Of a stretch of DNA of 64,000 nt, positions 37,327-51,979 are shown piece by piece. Source of the stretch: Squalus acanthias (Eukaryota); NCBI GenBank assembly GCA_030390025.1, contig CM059439.1, positions 82,460,001-82,524,000 of the forward strand, in the 5' to 3' direction. Position 1 is the first letter of the stretch, and each line of letters opens with the position of its first letter. A program made the translations under genes and the position numbers. The notes beneath the pieces were generated by a model. That model searched no databases, was not told the origin of the DNA, and saw only the letters and a list, made by a program, of their open reading frames with translations.

Positions 37327-40300
37327 CTGTGAATGTAAAACAGTGCATGCATCACTATTTCTCAGTCAGTTCACTTTTTGAGTTATTTTTCTTGTGTGCG
37401 AAAGACCCACCCAGATAACCTACTCCAAAGCCTCGCTGTTTTTTTAAACTGATTATGGTAGTGATGATGGGAGGAATCGAGAAGCAGGGCATGTGGCACC
37501 AGCCTGAGTTGCTTCGCCCTCCAACTTCTCCTATTTTTCTATGAGTGATTGCCTGGCACTTGCTTGGTGGCTCTCCTCGACAATAGAGCTAGATTCAGAC
37601 ACTGACCCAGGAGGCATCACAGGAGCCAACTTCCGCCCACCACTCCACGACAATTCATCAGAAAAATGTTATGGTCAAGTTTATCAGTACATTACACAGT
37701 TTTTCTTGAGTTAACAAATCATTCTAGCTTTGCATTAATACTGAATCTCGAGGAGTGGTTATTGAAGGCAGCAATCACACTCAAGAATTTAAGCGTCCTC
37801 TCTTCACAAGTGCTTACAACATCCAACACACGTTAAACAAGGATCTAACTGAAGAACTGGCCAGTTAATCATCAGCTCTCCCCTTGAAGATTAAAACTTG
37901 AAGATTAACATTCAAATCCAATCAAGGGCTTATGGACGAATGGTCACCCTCACAAGTGACCATTAAGCTTTGCAAAGAAATGGAGTTCCAATAATTACGT
38001 GTTGCAGTTGCAAGAGGGCTGGGTGGTGGGGGGGGGGGGGGTTAAGGTTAAAAACACCTTTTGCTGATTCACATGATTTCACGACTAATTTTTTTCCCCC
38101 ACAAGGGTACAGATTGTTTTAAATAATCCAATCTTAGTGATGGGACATGATAATAGATTTCTCTATAAACCATGGAGACAAAGGTGTTGTGTGGTTGAGC
38201 GTTAAAGTAGCCTTCCACAGGATGGTGAGGTGAAATCCGATTCCCTGCACTGCGGCGGTGATACAATCCCAGAAGCAGTGCTCTGGCTGGCACCGAGCTG
38301 AAGCTGCACACTTTGCCTAAGGAGGGTTAATTGGAGGACGTGTCAACCCTGGGCTGTTTGCATACATTTCCCAGCATCATCATCAGAGCAGGTTAACCAC
38401 TGTAGATACATGGTCTGATAAGTAGAGGATTTTGCACTCAGAAAAGTACTTCAGTAGGACTTCACAGGATGCCTGACTGAGAATAAGGCAGCATAGAGGA
38501 TGTACAACACAGACAGAGCCGTGGCAGCCTGTTATCAGAACTACTTGGGTTGCTTTGGTTCCAAGTCAGATGGAGGTTTTCCTACCAATGTCAATAATAT
38601 GTGGAACTGAATCCTTTTGAAAGGCTCAAGATAAAAACTAGAATGAATTATCATTTTTTTGGATGGGGTGGAATGGCGATAGAAGGAAAGGGAAAAGAAC
38701 ATTGATTAGTGTAAGGGTGTGCCATTAGAACAGGGGTCGGGGTGCTTAGCATGGCCTCCATGTGAAATCAATAATTTAGCCTGGCTTCAAACAATCAATA
38801 GATTCAAAAGGGAGAACATCCTATTCAACATTCAGAGAACTGAAGAGCTGTGCAATGTAAGCAGCCCATGTATAAATTAACATAGACTTCAAGATAACAG
38901 ATAAAGCTGCAGATGCGAGTCTAGAAAAATTAAAAACTACAGGTGTAAGACTGCAGTAATTAACCAACAATGATGGAAAACACAGAAATAACATGAGTGT
39001 AACAGTACTGTGTATATATACACACACAAGTAATACATTATCAATACCAGAAGGCAATTGGACCAGGCTGAGCAAGCCCCATTGATAGTACTAACACAAA
39101 TTCTGATTTGGTGAAAGTTTACAGCAGGTGCACGCCCAAGCAGCTGGCTAATGCAGTGAGGAGCCGTTTATTCAAAGGGTAAATTGAATGAAAAAATAAT
39201 TGCATTGGGTGGGTAACTTGTACCTGTTGCCACCAGTGACTTGTGGGCCCTGTAAGCCCTGAGGGAGCCAATTCAGTTTGCTCACATGGTCATACAAGAC
39301 TGACAGTATGAACGGGGTGGGGACAGAGTGATGCCATGTACACACAGACAGGCACACTGTAATATGCTGCAGCTCTGTAAAAGCCCCGCTGAAGTCAATG
39401 CAACGTTTGCCTCATGCAGTCCCACAACACCACACAAGCTGTACATCATATTGATATTTATTTGAAGAGCACACCAGCATGTTACTTGCTGGCAAGCAGC
39501 AATGAAAAGATCTGGAAGAAGAACAGAATGTGACGGTGAACTGCGCACAAAAATGAAAGCAAGGAGTCAGCCACAGATACGAACACTGCCAAAATCAGAG
39601 TACACCCACCGTTTCCAGGTCCTACAGTCCTTGGAGACAGAAGACAGAGTCCTAACAGCACTATATAAGGCTGAGAGGTGAATAATAACATTACTGTTAG
39701 GAGCGGAAAGCTGCAGATTAGATCAGCAAGACTGATGTGATTATTCAGACCTTTCGAGCATACACTTAATTACATTCTGCATCTTCCAACATCACAACAA
39801 ATATACGCAGTACTTTATAACATGGTTAATTGAAGTTATGAAAATTGCAGTCCAGGAACAGATTAATGAGTGCTCCCAGCCCCTTGCTTCTGTTCAGAAA
39901 GGTCAGTGTGGCACCAGCATGTCCTTCATACAAGTGAATCTGCCACAGCCTGCAGACATAACAGTATAAATATCAGTGCCCACAGCACTGGCCCCCCCCA
40001 CCCCACTAATACCCCAGGGGCAATCTTTGACTGCAGTCCCCTTTTACCGGTTCATAATTATAATATAAAACCTAAGGTAAGATCACCTATATCTGATCAC
40101 CTGGCTGCAGGTGACAGGTTAAAACTGACCCAATGAATCAATGGTGTTGAGAGTAGATTTTGAGTGATAATTCACAGTGAATTACTGGAAAAGAGTCAGC
40201 GTTACCTCAGTACTTTTCATGCACGGTATTGACACAACAGAAAAATCCTTCCATTTTGTTCCTGGACACCAGTGTCATGAAACAGCAATTGCTGATATGT

Positions 40301-41132
40301 ACGTATCTGGAATACATTTATTTAATGACTCTGCTTTGGATTAGCATTCAGGAATAGAACGGACACCGAGCTCTGCTGATTCAGTACAAGCACCAAACTT
40401 GTGGATGACATCAGCTGAGCACGACCAGGCCTCAGCCCAATCTGAAATCTCCCCTTGCTGTGGTGAGTTTCGTAGGATAGTGTACCATGATGGACCTAAA
40501 GGCTTGGCAGAATCATAAAACATAATGGAATAGTTAGCATATAATGTGAAGAAACAACGGGTTTGCATATAGAGCTGTACAGAGAAATAGAATCAGGAAG
40601 GCGGAGATAAAACAGAAGAAGAACAGTTAGTGTAAAGTGTAGTACAAATAATAGGTGTGCAATGACTCAGCAGACTTCAGGACAACTGTAGATATGCAAT
40701 GAAACCCCTTATCTCACTCAGTTTCATGCCGAAATCAGCCTGCTGAGTCAGGATGAGTGACAGTTGCAGACAAATAAGAGGTGTGTTTCAAAAAAGGTAT
40801 AAATGTGTGATGAAATACACTATCAGGTGAACTCAGGAACAACCTCGACTGGTGAGCTGCTGACCCCCGATGAGTCTCCTACGGATGAGTGTGTGGACGT
40901 GTAGCCTGCTTGTATTACTCGTGTGCTGGCCAATAGAATCTGTGTCAAGTTGATCAGACTCCTGGGTTTCAAACTTGTATTCCTGGAGTGTGGATCACTC
41001 CAATAGCAGGTTCTTACTCACTGCTAAGAGATTCTTGATAAACTTTATGGGTGAGATATAAAAGGGAACCACTTCACCACAGGACATCCTACCCCTTGAA
41101 TCAGTACCTCACTAAAACAGTATACCTTGAAA

Positions 41133-41673
41133 GATCCTGCAAATCCATTGGCAGGACAGGCGCACCAACGTCAGTGTTCTCGCTCAGGCCAACATCCCCA
41201 GCATCGAAGCTTTGACCACGCTCGATCAGCTCCGATGGACGGGTCACATTGTCCGCATGCCCGATACGAGACTCCCAAAACAAGCGCTCTACTCGGAGCT
41301 CCGGCACGGCAAGAGAGCCCCAGGTGGGCAGAGGAAACGCTTCAAGGACACCCTCAAAGCCTCCTTGAAAAAGTGTAACATCCCCACCGACACCTGGGAA
41401 TCCCTGGCCCAAGACCACACAAAGTGGAGGAGAAGCATCCGGGAAGGTGCCGAACACCTCAAGTCTCTTCGCCGGGAGCAAGCGGAAGCTAAGCGCAGGC
41501 AGCGCACGTTAACCCAAGCACCCCACCCACCTGCCCCTTCAACCACCGTCTGCCCCACCTGTGACAGAGACTGTAGGTCCCGCATTGGACTCATCAGTCA
41601 CCTGAGAACTCATTTTTAATGTGGAAGCAAGTCATCCTCGGTTCCGAGGGACTGCCTAAGAGAGAAGAAGAAG
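41133..41673 (+). mobile_element. 5'-truncated RTE-clade LINE with intact ORF end
   Basis: QLRWTGHIVRMPDTRLPKQALY..GGQRKRFKDTLK..CPTC..HLRTH; (gaa)n tail; 11-bp TSD ataccttgaaa (41122-41132, 41674-41684). Confidence 0.93.
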
Positions 41674-41913
41674 ATACCTTGAAAAGTGTCAAAATCACTT
41701 ACTGATAATAAAACCATGTAAATGCAAGACATCATGATGTTAACTTGCTCTTACTAGTAATAATCTTAACACTGCTTCCTATTGGCTTGGTTAAAATCCA
41801 AATTGTAAAAAGCTAGATTTGATAACGCAGTTACCAAGTTCCTTTAATAATTAAAAGGACATAAAACTGCTTTAATGCAGCTGGTTAATATGTTTTTGCC
41901 TAAATGTCGTTAC

Positions 41914-42012
41914 CTTGTTTGGTTGCACTGTTCTCCGAAGGTTCTCCATCCACTTATCTCTCTCTGCCACAGATGAACAGCTGAAGCATTTACTTCCTCC
42001 TGTGTATGTAAC
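41914..42012 (-). CDS. RASAL2: RASAL2 coding exon, end of PH domain ([12 protein letters not shown]...RTVQPNK)
   Basis: Acceptor ttgcag|GTT, donor AAG|gtaacg; 99 nt, phase 0 to 0. Confidence 0.96.
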
Positions 42013-44773
42013 CTGCAACACAAAATCAGCCAGGTTATGCCCGAGCATGCCAGAAGTGCAAGGAGAAAACCGAAACAGGGCTGTTTCAACATGTTGTGTA
42101 CAAGAACGAAAGAAGTTTAAAATAATACCAGTTCTGTGCGGACATGAAATCTTCCAGTGGACCATTGGATAGTGAATCCCAAAAAGCCAGGCTGAAGACA
42201 TTCCATGCATATACAAAGAATGTTGGAGAATCATGCGTTGTGTACTAAGGCAACGTTGTTCTATATAAATCAGGCAAGTAACCATAAGAGGATTAGGAGT
42301 TTGAGTTACATTTGCACTCTGCTGTTACCCAGAGCGAGAAGGAAAAGCATTAATCTGACTGACAAACCAGGGCACAGCAACTGAAGCCGAATCCAACTGA
42401 ATAAAAATCAGATTGACCAGCTCTCGATGCGATCCAAGTCCTGACCAAGTGAAGTAGGCATTTGTTTGTCTCTGTTCAGAATGGTACAGCTGTTATTTGC
42501 AAAAAATCCTGTTTAAACCCAGACGTATTGTTTATATCAGTTGCTTACTGATCAGTCAACATCCCTGAATTCATTGAACAAAATGGCATCCAGCATTATG
42601 AAATATCTCATTCCTTGTGTAATTTTTAACCAAAACTCAGTGGAGATGTAACTGATTACAACAAACTTGGAAGATAGTTGAAATCAGTTTCGTACTTGAA
42701 GTTTTTAACAAAAGCATTATTCTTGGAGATAGAAATGTAAACCTCATTCGCAATGGAAACAAAAGCTGAATCCAAATCCTTGCTATACTTCAATCAGTTT
42801 CATGAGATGCACCTTGGGTTATTCCTTTTAGTAAAATTCAAAGGAAGACCATAAAGCCTGAGCAGGAGTAGGAAAATGCACACACAAGCCATTCACCCCA
42901 CCCCTCTCCACGCCCTCCACCCAACCCTTCAGTTCCTTTTCTGACATATGCCAAAAGGAGCCCGCTTGAGCTGCAGCTGGGATAGATGCAGCAAGTTTGG
43001 AAACAAATTTTTTTCCAGCCCTCTCCCACCTACACGTGTTTCCACTGCTTGTTGATTAACTCTCTCTGCAGTGTAGTCAAGGTAGTTTCACAAACAGGAG
43101 TTACTGCCTTTGAATCATCTGAGCCAGCTTCTGATTAAATTGACAGACTGCGGTTATGTATTGCACAAATGCGGAGGGCCGGAGTTAAAATCAGGAGGGA
43201 GTGTTGATTATTGTGGCTGCTGTGCATGAATGTAACGAATGTGCATTGGAAAGGAGGCTGAATAACTGTACTGTGGCTTCAGGTCTGAGATGCAATGTGG
43301 GGAAGATGACAGAGCTGATTGGGGTTGTTGGTTGTCAGCTTGTGTGTAAATCAGCTCGCGTGCAGCAAGTTGCTAGTTAACATGCATGCTCATTCAAACT
43401 TTAAATAAGGGTTGTCACTGCTGGCCATTACTATTAAAAAAAATGCTCTTAAAACACAAGCCAATAATTGAATTCTGTTGTCTTTATATTGCAAACCACT
43501 TCTACTGGAAATTGTTCCGAATGTGTCAAGGCAGCTGGTGCTCGAAATTTATCACATTTACATTACAGTGTGAATTTCAGAGGAAGATTGCACATGTGTA
43601 ATTCCTTAAAAGGTGAGATTGCAATAGAGTTCCTCACCATGGAACTTCTCCAATGTCAGGTGAAAGTTCAAACAGCACAAAGATCACACGGCTCAGAGTT
43701 TGAACAGGCAGGAGAAAAGGACAGTATGCAGTAGCCAGTGGCACCTGTTTGATTACTGCAGGTAGCGTTACACCAGCAGCACAGGGGCAAACAATGTCTT
43801 TTGGTGTGTGGCGGGGGGGGGGCGGGGTGTACGTCTCCGTGCAGCTAGAGCCACAAGCGCCGTCTCCGTTAACAGCGGAGATGTAGTCATCCTCTGTGCT
43901 GGTGCCTAACTTAAATGAAGCATAATTGCCGGAGTCAGCAAAGTAGGTTTCCACATAAATAGCAATAAACTATTTAAGTGAATGATCATATGCTATTATT
44001 ATATTAAAACTTTGAACTGCAGCCCTCCACTGCCATTGGTATTGGGTAAATCTGGTATTGTTGAAGACAGAAAATCCAATTTAAAAAAAGGGCCAAATCC
44101 ATCATTTTTTCCCCCAGAGACTACACTGAAGGAGCAAGTTATTGACCTAAGATATTAACATCGTATATGTAAAATAAGCACGTCCTCAATAACATGCTAA
44201 ATACATTTTTTTTTTAAAAAAGAGACATCTCAAAAATCAGTGCGCTCTTATGCTGTTACTACCAAGTCACTGTCCAGGCCCTTTTTAAACATTACCATTC
44301 TTTCACACTAGGACGAATGACGAGCATCTGCCTCCAGCTCCCTGGCTGTCCTCGCACTGAATCAGATGGTGACACAACCATGGCACTCTGCTCAACCTTG
44401 AGCTAACGCATTGGCCCACACCCAGTCAGGTCACCTATATTGCAATTTTCCATTGTCTTCTTGTGCCCCTACCTCTCTCCCCAAGCTGCTTGATCTTCCC
44501 CAGGCATACGTCCCAGTCTACACCCTTCACTCCTCCAACTCTGCATGACTGCTCAGCCACCCCTCCGCCATCGCAGGTTATAGTTTCCGTCGCTACACCC
44601 AGTGACTTTAGAACTCAGACCCAAAACGAGACAGAACCACTGCTTCACTTCACTATCTAGCGAAATATCAGAACAATTTCCACTGTTCCTGTTCACTTTC
44701 CACATGTGGCAAAACATGGAATAGTATCAAGGAATCACAGGAAAAATTCCAGCAACAATTCAAGGAAAACTGC

Positions 44774-46490
44774 AACAACTTGCACTTATATAGTGCCTTT
44801 AGTATAGAAAATGCCCCAAAGTACTTTATTCGGGGGGGGGGGGCGCAGAGACTAGAAGAAATAGGACTAGATAAGGGAATGGGCACAAAGCAATGGTGGA
44901 GAGATTAGAAGGGACAAATGAAAACTTGGTCAAAAAAATTGATTTTGAGGTTTTTAGAAAAGGAGAGATGAGGAAAGACCAGTGTTTAGCGAGGGAATTC
45001 CAGAGAGTAAGGCTGTCTGAAGGCTCTGTCAAAATGATGGGCTGAAGGAGGGAGTGGGTGGAAAGTACAAAATGCCAGAGTCAGAGAACCAAAAGATGTG
45101 GGAGGGTGTAGAAGGCTGGAAGAGGTTGCAGAGATAAGGTGAGATGAGGCCATGGAGGGATTTGAAGATGACGACGGTAATTATAAATTTCATGTGCTGG
45201 GGCACTGAGAGCCAATTTAGGGCAGTGAGAAATGAGGTGAATGGCACACATGACATGGTGTGGAACAGGATGTGGGCAGCTGCACTTTGGACGAGTTGAA
45301 GTTTATGAAGGGTGAAGAACGAGAGGTCCTTGAGGAGGAACATAGGAACAGGAGTAGGCCATTCAGCCACTCAAACATGCTCCGCCATTCAATGAGATTA
45401 TGGCTGATCTGTATCCTAACTCCATCCCACCCACCTTGGCTCCACATCCCTTAACACCTTCGACTATCAAAAATCTATCGATCTCAGATTCATAATTATT
45501 AATTGAGCTAGCATCTACTGCTTTTTGTGGGAGAGTGTTCCACACTTCTACCACACTTTGTGTGAAGAAGTGTTTCCTAACTTTTCTCCTGAACAGCCGA
45601 GCTCTGATTTTGAGGTTATGTTCCCTTGTCCTAGACTCCACCACCAGCGGAAAAAGTTTCTCTCTATTTACCCGATCAATTCCCTTCAAAATCCAAAAAA
45701 CCACAATCAAATCACCCCTTAACCTTCTATATTCCAGGGAGTACAATCGCTCCTCGTAATCTAATCCTTGAAGCCCTGACAACATTCTGGTGAATCTGTG
45801 CTGCATTCCTTCCAAGGCCATATATCCTTTCTAAGGTGCGGTGCCCAGACTGTACACACGACTCTAGATGTGGTCTCACCAGGGCTTTGTACAGCTGTAC
45901 CAAAACTTCCTCCCCTTTATATTCTGGCCCTCTAGTTATAAAGGCTAACATTCCATTAGCCTTTTTGATTATTTTTTTGTACCTGACTACTACATTTCAT
46001 GTGTACATGGACCCCTAAATCTCTTTGGACCTCCACTGTTCCTAGTTGTTCGCCATTCTCTCACCTTGCTTAAGTAAAGGAGTTAAATTTGCAATTTCCC
46101 AATCTAAAAAGGGACAATTCCTGAATCGAGAGCTTTAGAAGATTATGGCTAAAGCATCTGCAATTTCCTCACTTACTTCTTTTAAAACCCTGGGTTGGAA
46201 AACATCAGTGGATTTGTCAGTCTTTAGAGTGCCATTATTTTTTCTAATATTGTTTTCTTGCTTACATTAACTTCAGTGTAATCCAGTTCTTGTTCATTAT
46301 TAGTTTCCCTGGAATGTCAAGTATATTATCCTCTTCCTCTACTGTGAAGACTGATGCAAAGTAATTATTCAACAAGTCTGTCATTTCCTTACTTTCAAAG
46401 AAATCGAGGCTAGAGGAGACTAGAGGATAAAAGTTTCAGCAGTGGAGGGTCTGAGGTGGGGTGAAGGTGGGCAATGCAGCGGCGAAGGTT
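44774..46490 (-). mobile_element. Old L2 LINE (44774-45337 and ~46400-46490) interrupted by CR1
   Basis: LHKLQLVQSAAAHIL..LNWLSVPQ; tail aacaacttgcacttatatag; L2 similarity resumes at ~46400. Confidence 0.75.
45338..46397 (-). mobile_element. CR1 LINE fragment with internal deletions
   Basis: ORFs LYKALVRPHLESCVQ and LEGMQHRFTRM; 3' tail ctcctgttcctatgttcc. Confidence 0.88.
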
Positions 46491-47451
46491 ATACTCATTC
46501 TTTAAATGATAGTACTGCTCAAAAACCACTCTGGCATTTAAAAACTGCAATCACCATCGGCTGTAATTAGCCATATCCATGTGTCAATTTATTTTCGGCC
46601 GCTGAAGAAACCAGTTTCTTCCATGGAACTTTCGGAGCTGCTGCTAGATTTGTCAGATTCTAATGGATAACGGGACTGTTGGGAAGTGCAAATGGGTGGT
46701 TACTCAAGTGTGGTTCTAGTGAAATTTGGTCTGAAATATAAACACTTAAGAATTTCTGAAGACGTTAGAAATCAGAGCACTGCGACAGAATCTTAATCTT
46801 CTGAAAGTTCATTATGCTAATCTAACAACCTTGCCTGATTTGACTTCAGGCCCAGCCAGAGTGCACCACAGATGTACTGACTGAATATGGTAATGTGGCT
46901 CGATCTCCAGTGGTTTCATGTCACTTACTGTCACTCATGGCATTCCCTGCAGACTGTCTATTAACGAGGGCATGAAAGTTCATTCAAGAAAGGGACTGCG
47001 CAAGTGCAATCGTTTCTGGGCTGAGGAGAATAATTAATCACTTATTTGTTCAAGGTCAGACGAGGGGACTCTGCGCAGTGCTGTGTGGATCTTGCGTACA
47101 TTGCAGCACCTTTCCCACATGGCTCGGAAACAGTATTTGCTCCGGAATTCATAACACAACAGCACTAGACTGGTGGCTCAGTTGGTGAAGACAGCCTCAA
47201 TGAGTATTTCAGCTCACATTCGACTACGTGGGCTCACTATGTGGTTTGCACATCACAAATGGCCACGTGAATGAGAGACTGAAAAGCAGCCAGCACTTGT
47301 GAAACCACAGCACAGCAGGAGTCAACAACTTCAGGAGAGATGAGGAGAAACTTGGCCAAAAATATCTCCTGAAATGACAAAGACTTCCTGATATTAATAC
47401 AATCTTTTGTTATCCGAGAGCACAAAAATAAGTCAATCACTAAAAAAAACT

Positions 47452-47865
47452 GCATTAATACAGCGCCTTTCATGTCCACAGGATATCCCAAAGCACCTTA
47501 CAGCCAGTTAACTACTTTTGAAGTGTAGCCACCGTTGTTATGTGGACAAACCTGGCAGCCAATTTGCTCACTGTAAGGTCCCACAAACAGACAACTCCCA
47601 TTCATATTTATTTTGTGGTGTTGGTTAGTGGGTAAATGTTGGCCAGAACAACTCCCTTGCTCTTCTTTGAACAGTACCATGGGACCTTTTACCTGGAGCC
47701 TCAGTTTAATGCCTCATCCAACAGATGGCAAATACAATATTGCAGCGGTCCTTCAGTACGACACTGAAATGCCGATCAGGATAAAGGTGCTCAAGTCATA
47801 CAGTGGGACTTGAACCCAGGAACTTCTGACTCAGAGGCAGGAGTTCTACTAATAAGCCAAGCTCA
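47452..47865 (-). mobile_element. Deu-domain SINE, near full length, decayed
   Basis: tRNA-like head (gggacttgaaccc..ttctgactcagaggc on + strand), Deu core, L2-like tail. Confidence 0.72.
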
Positions 47866-48019
47866 CATGAGGTGTAAAAGTAAAAAAAAAATCTCTCTTA
47901 AATAAGAAAGGCCCACATTAAAATATGCTCCGTAAAAATGAATAAAATGCATGCGCGTTCGTTGCCCCTGTGTAAATGCATTATCTGCTTTGGTACAGTC
48001 CTTGTACAGATGTGGAAGA

Positions 48020-48330
48020 CACCAGGCTCAATCCCCAGTCAGTATGAGTTTGTTGATTTCACCCAGGGTAGTTAGTGGAGGTACCAAAGCCGGCCCGAGA
48101 GTCCTGTGATCAGGGATATGTGGAAAATCATTCTCTACTTTCCAGTGACACCTTGCTGGAAAGTGAGCACATGTACATTAGGTGGCGATCGGATTCGATT
48201 CAACTGTGATGCTCTCTGCATTTAAACAGCCTTGACTCATTGTTTAGGGTCACATGTAAAGTGCAGAAATTTCAGTGAAGGGTGACTTGTACCCATGGAA
48301 CTGTACCCCAACAGGAGTCAATGTCTTGAA
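48020..48330 (+). repeat. Old SINE-like repeat (family of 4040-4310)
   Basis: Shared blocks tccagtgac..tgctggaaag, ctgtgatgc, acccatggaactgtaccc. Confidence 0.55.
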
Positions 48331-51300
48331 GTAAAAATGGAGAAAATAGGGGGAGAAAAAACAAAGATGTAGAGTTTCAGTGATGTTGCCAAGTGTAAAT
48401 TGGTTAAGAGTTTGAGTGCAGTTTGTGGTTCAGTTGATGCACGGACATGCTCGGTCATGGTCTCAAAAAATTGTTTATTTGCGCGCCCAATTTTCTATGT
48501 GGCAAACTCCTAACTTCTGTCCGGCCATAAGGGAGGGGGTTACAATCCAGTGAAGGGAATCAGGTTTTCTGTTTACAAAACATCTAAGGGAAATCCCACC
48601 AGAGGTTGAAAATGCACCCACACAGGGTCATCTAACGTGATGTGCCCGAGAATTGTAGAGCACCAAAATGGCACCTCCTACTGGTCGGTTAGAGTGATGA
48701 CACAGTTCTGGGAGCAGGTCACCTGCTGCTGCACTCTCTGGTACCTGACTGCATAACTGCAGTGACATATTGGGAGGGAGGACACAAATGGGAAAGGAAA
48801 AAATGGTTTGAGGTAAAACTGCTTCAGAATTTGCAAACTAATTAAATTATCTGCTGCAAAAACACAATGCATATGAATTTTGTATGCATCTCCTCACTCG
48901 CTCAATATATTTAATGGCTTGAAATGGATGATCTATAGTCTGGCAGATTGCAAATCCAGTCACCCTCGAGGCAGATATTACAATTAGCCTGTTAGTGAAT
49001 TTGTGAGATTACTTAGGTCTTAAAATTACAGTCACAGCAGTTTTCAAATAAAATCTCAGGAGTCACTCAGCTGGCCCAAATTCCCTTTGCTAAAGAGCAA
49101 ATAAGAAAGGCCCAAGAGGAACTCTCTCATGTTGTCTTAAAGCAATGTACCCAATATTCAGCCTTTTGAAATTTTAACACTTTGAGCATTAATATTAAAT
49201 TTTAGGATTGAACACACATTTATGGACAGTTTGGTGAAACGATAGCTGTATGATCATTGCCAGCTCCTAAAAGAAGGATGATTTAATGTCTGCCTCTGAG
49301 TATCCTGCAGCTGTTAGATCAGCTGAGATACCTCTGCCACTTTCCTTTTTACTTCCCTCTGCTTCATTGCTTTATTACTTTCTGTATCTCGTAGTCATTT
49401 GGCCTTTTGTTCGCTATTTCTCCATTTTCTTTCTTCTGTCTGTCTGCATTTGTTTGTATTCTTCTTTGTACTGTCCTGTCTGTGTAACTCTCTCATCCTC
49501 CCGTCCCCAGGGACAGTCTGCTTTCAGCTCCTTGATTGGTCGGGAGCACACCTTCTGTTCTCACACCAATCTTTTGAGTATTTTGAATCCAAGGAGTGAG
49601 ACAGGAAAGGTCAAGGCTTTAATCAGACCCTCTGGGGAAAAAAGGCAATGCAACCCAGCTTGCCTGCTCAGTTAACCAATACTGTACACAGTGCATTAAG
49701 AACCTACCATGCTATCTTTAAAAAGACACAAACAAACAATTATCAAAACAACTTTTCATTATAAGTGTGTCTGAAAATGTATAGGCTCCTGGCTGAAGAT
49801 CCGTTGAACATTACGTGTTCAACCCTCAGTTCTTATGAAGAACTTCCTTCTGGATTTAATGAGGTTACACAATATAGACTGCACAAACAGCTTGGATTTT
49901 TCAGTCCACAAGGGATATTTAAACTGGTTTTAAGCAGTAACCAAATCCGGTTTCCCAGCAAATCTAGCCTTTTCTTCCTTATGTTGTACTACTAGAAAAT
50001 TTCATCCAAATAAAGGAGATATTACAGTTGTGTCAACAAAATTTCATCCATGCAGTGGGGTACTATATCAGGACGGTTCTCAGTCTCAGTTACAGACGCA
50101 GATTGAGAAACTGGAGGAGTCAGCCCCTACCCACCTACAGCAAAGACATTTCTCTCATGATTTTTCCCATGACTGTTTTCTGATCCCATTCTTTTCAGCT
50201 GCGCTTGGTTAACCATGTTTGATTAGATGAGTCTTTTAGCAATCAATTCCAACTGGTTTTTAAAAAAAAACATTTCACGCTGTACATTTTCCAAACAGAA
50301 AGAAATAGCAGGGATTTGTTCTATTTGAAATAGCTTTGTGAAGAATATGTAATTGAATACCTCAGATGGACATTAACCACAAAAATGGAGAAGACCCAAA
50401 CCTTTGCTATCGGGTTTAATTTGTTCCAAAGGAACACTTATTTCCTGCTTGTCAGGTGATTTTTGTCTTTCAGTTGCCCTAGACAATCTATAAAGAAGGG
50501 GAAGTCATACTGCAAGTTAGAATAAAAGAAAATCTTCCATATGTTTCCTCAGTACAAATAATTCCCTCTGAAAATCCCAATCTTCAATTGAAGACCAAGT
50601 ACCAGATTTCCCCTCTCCTGTGAGGAAGTGCCTGTCCTTCGCTCCTGCGCCCTTTCTCCCTCCCGAAAACAGTGAATCCACAATCAGTAACACAGCATTT
50701 GGTGAGTCACCAGCACAAACTTGTGTCAGCCCATTTCACAATGCAGGCTGCTGAGGCACCAACACATGGTCAATTCAACAGAATTTCAAAACATCAAATC
50801 TTCCCGATGAAAGATTTATGACCAAGTCAGGGACATGGTGAAGATATCTGAATAAGTAGGTATGAGTCATATTCTTTAAATATCACTGTGACAGGCTATT
50901 TTGACATGAAGTAAAACCAGATAATAAAACTGACATGTTAATTATAACTTATCAAAAATAAGTGATAATTGCATCTGACAGTAGTTCGAGAGGGGGCCAG
51001 TGTTGCTTGGCACCCATCAGTTGCTTAAATACAGTTGCAAGTTACAATCTAGAGTGCAGCCCATATGTGCATCCAAATGGTGTGCCACAAGAGGGTACAA
51101 GATGGATTCCTGCTCGCAGAGTATGTTCTTGATATCTGTCAAGTTGAAGCCAGTGATGAGGGGGTGTGGGGGAAGAATAGTTATCGTAAGAAACTTAGCA
51201 GTGACCAGCTCATTGGCCAGGGTATGATTCAGAGATGGGAAACCAAAAACAGAAGAATGAGAAAGAGCAATATATAAAAAGCAGAGGAAGTGATTGTTGA

Positions 51301-51979
51301 GAGCATATTTCAGTATCACATTCTACAGTCCTTGCGCAGCTTAATGAGAATGAAAATCTCTAACTGCTATGAAACAACCATTGCTGTTGTGATACATATG
51401 CAAACTCCCAGTCAATGCCGGATTCCACTCAACATTTATCAACTATATATTTCATTTTAAGAGTACCCTTTTTCAGAAATGTCACTCTACGTCTGGTCTC
51501 TCCCCCCCCCTAAACATCTTCTGTGGCTACGTGCAAGATCTGCGCATGGCCTCTGCGGCTCAGAAAGTAGCCACCAGGAGGTAGGCAAGAGCAGGAGAAT
51601 AACTCCCCGGCCAATTATCCACTCCTCCATATCCCATCATCAATGGCACATTATACTGCAGCTCCTATAAGTAGATCCATTGCATCATCCCTTCTTAACA
51701 ATCTGTCTCACTGATCTTATCCTATAAAGCCTGATGTGATTTAAAACACCACATTCAGCTTTTACAGGATGCTCAGTGACCACTCGTGGATTACAAAATA
51801 AATGAAATTACTAACTATGGGGAATATAAATCACCAGTGCCTGCTGTGGCTATGCACCCATGACCCGAATAGATCTTCTACCTCTGCTGCACACACTCCT
51901 CAATTCTGCGTCATTAGGATAGCCCCGTAAAAAATGTCACTCTTTCTATCACAGTTCCAGTTAGGTGATGAAACAGTAC

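Noticed and set aside
47805-47865. tRNA-like A/B box sequences (also ~36320, ~58310, ~63290)
   Set aside because: Decayed SINE heads attached to SINE bodies, with no complete cloverleaf.
51017-51322. 100-aa minus-strand ORF with ~110-nt AG-free pyrimidine stretch
   Set aside because: The first AG is a weak GAG, with no convincing donor or homology.
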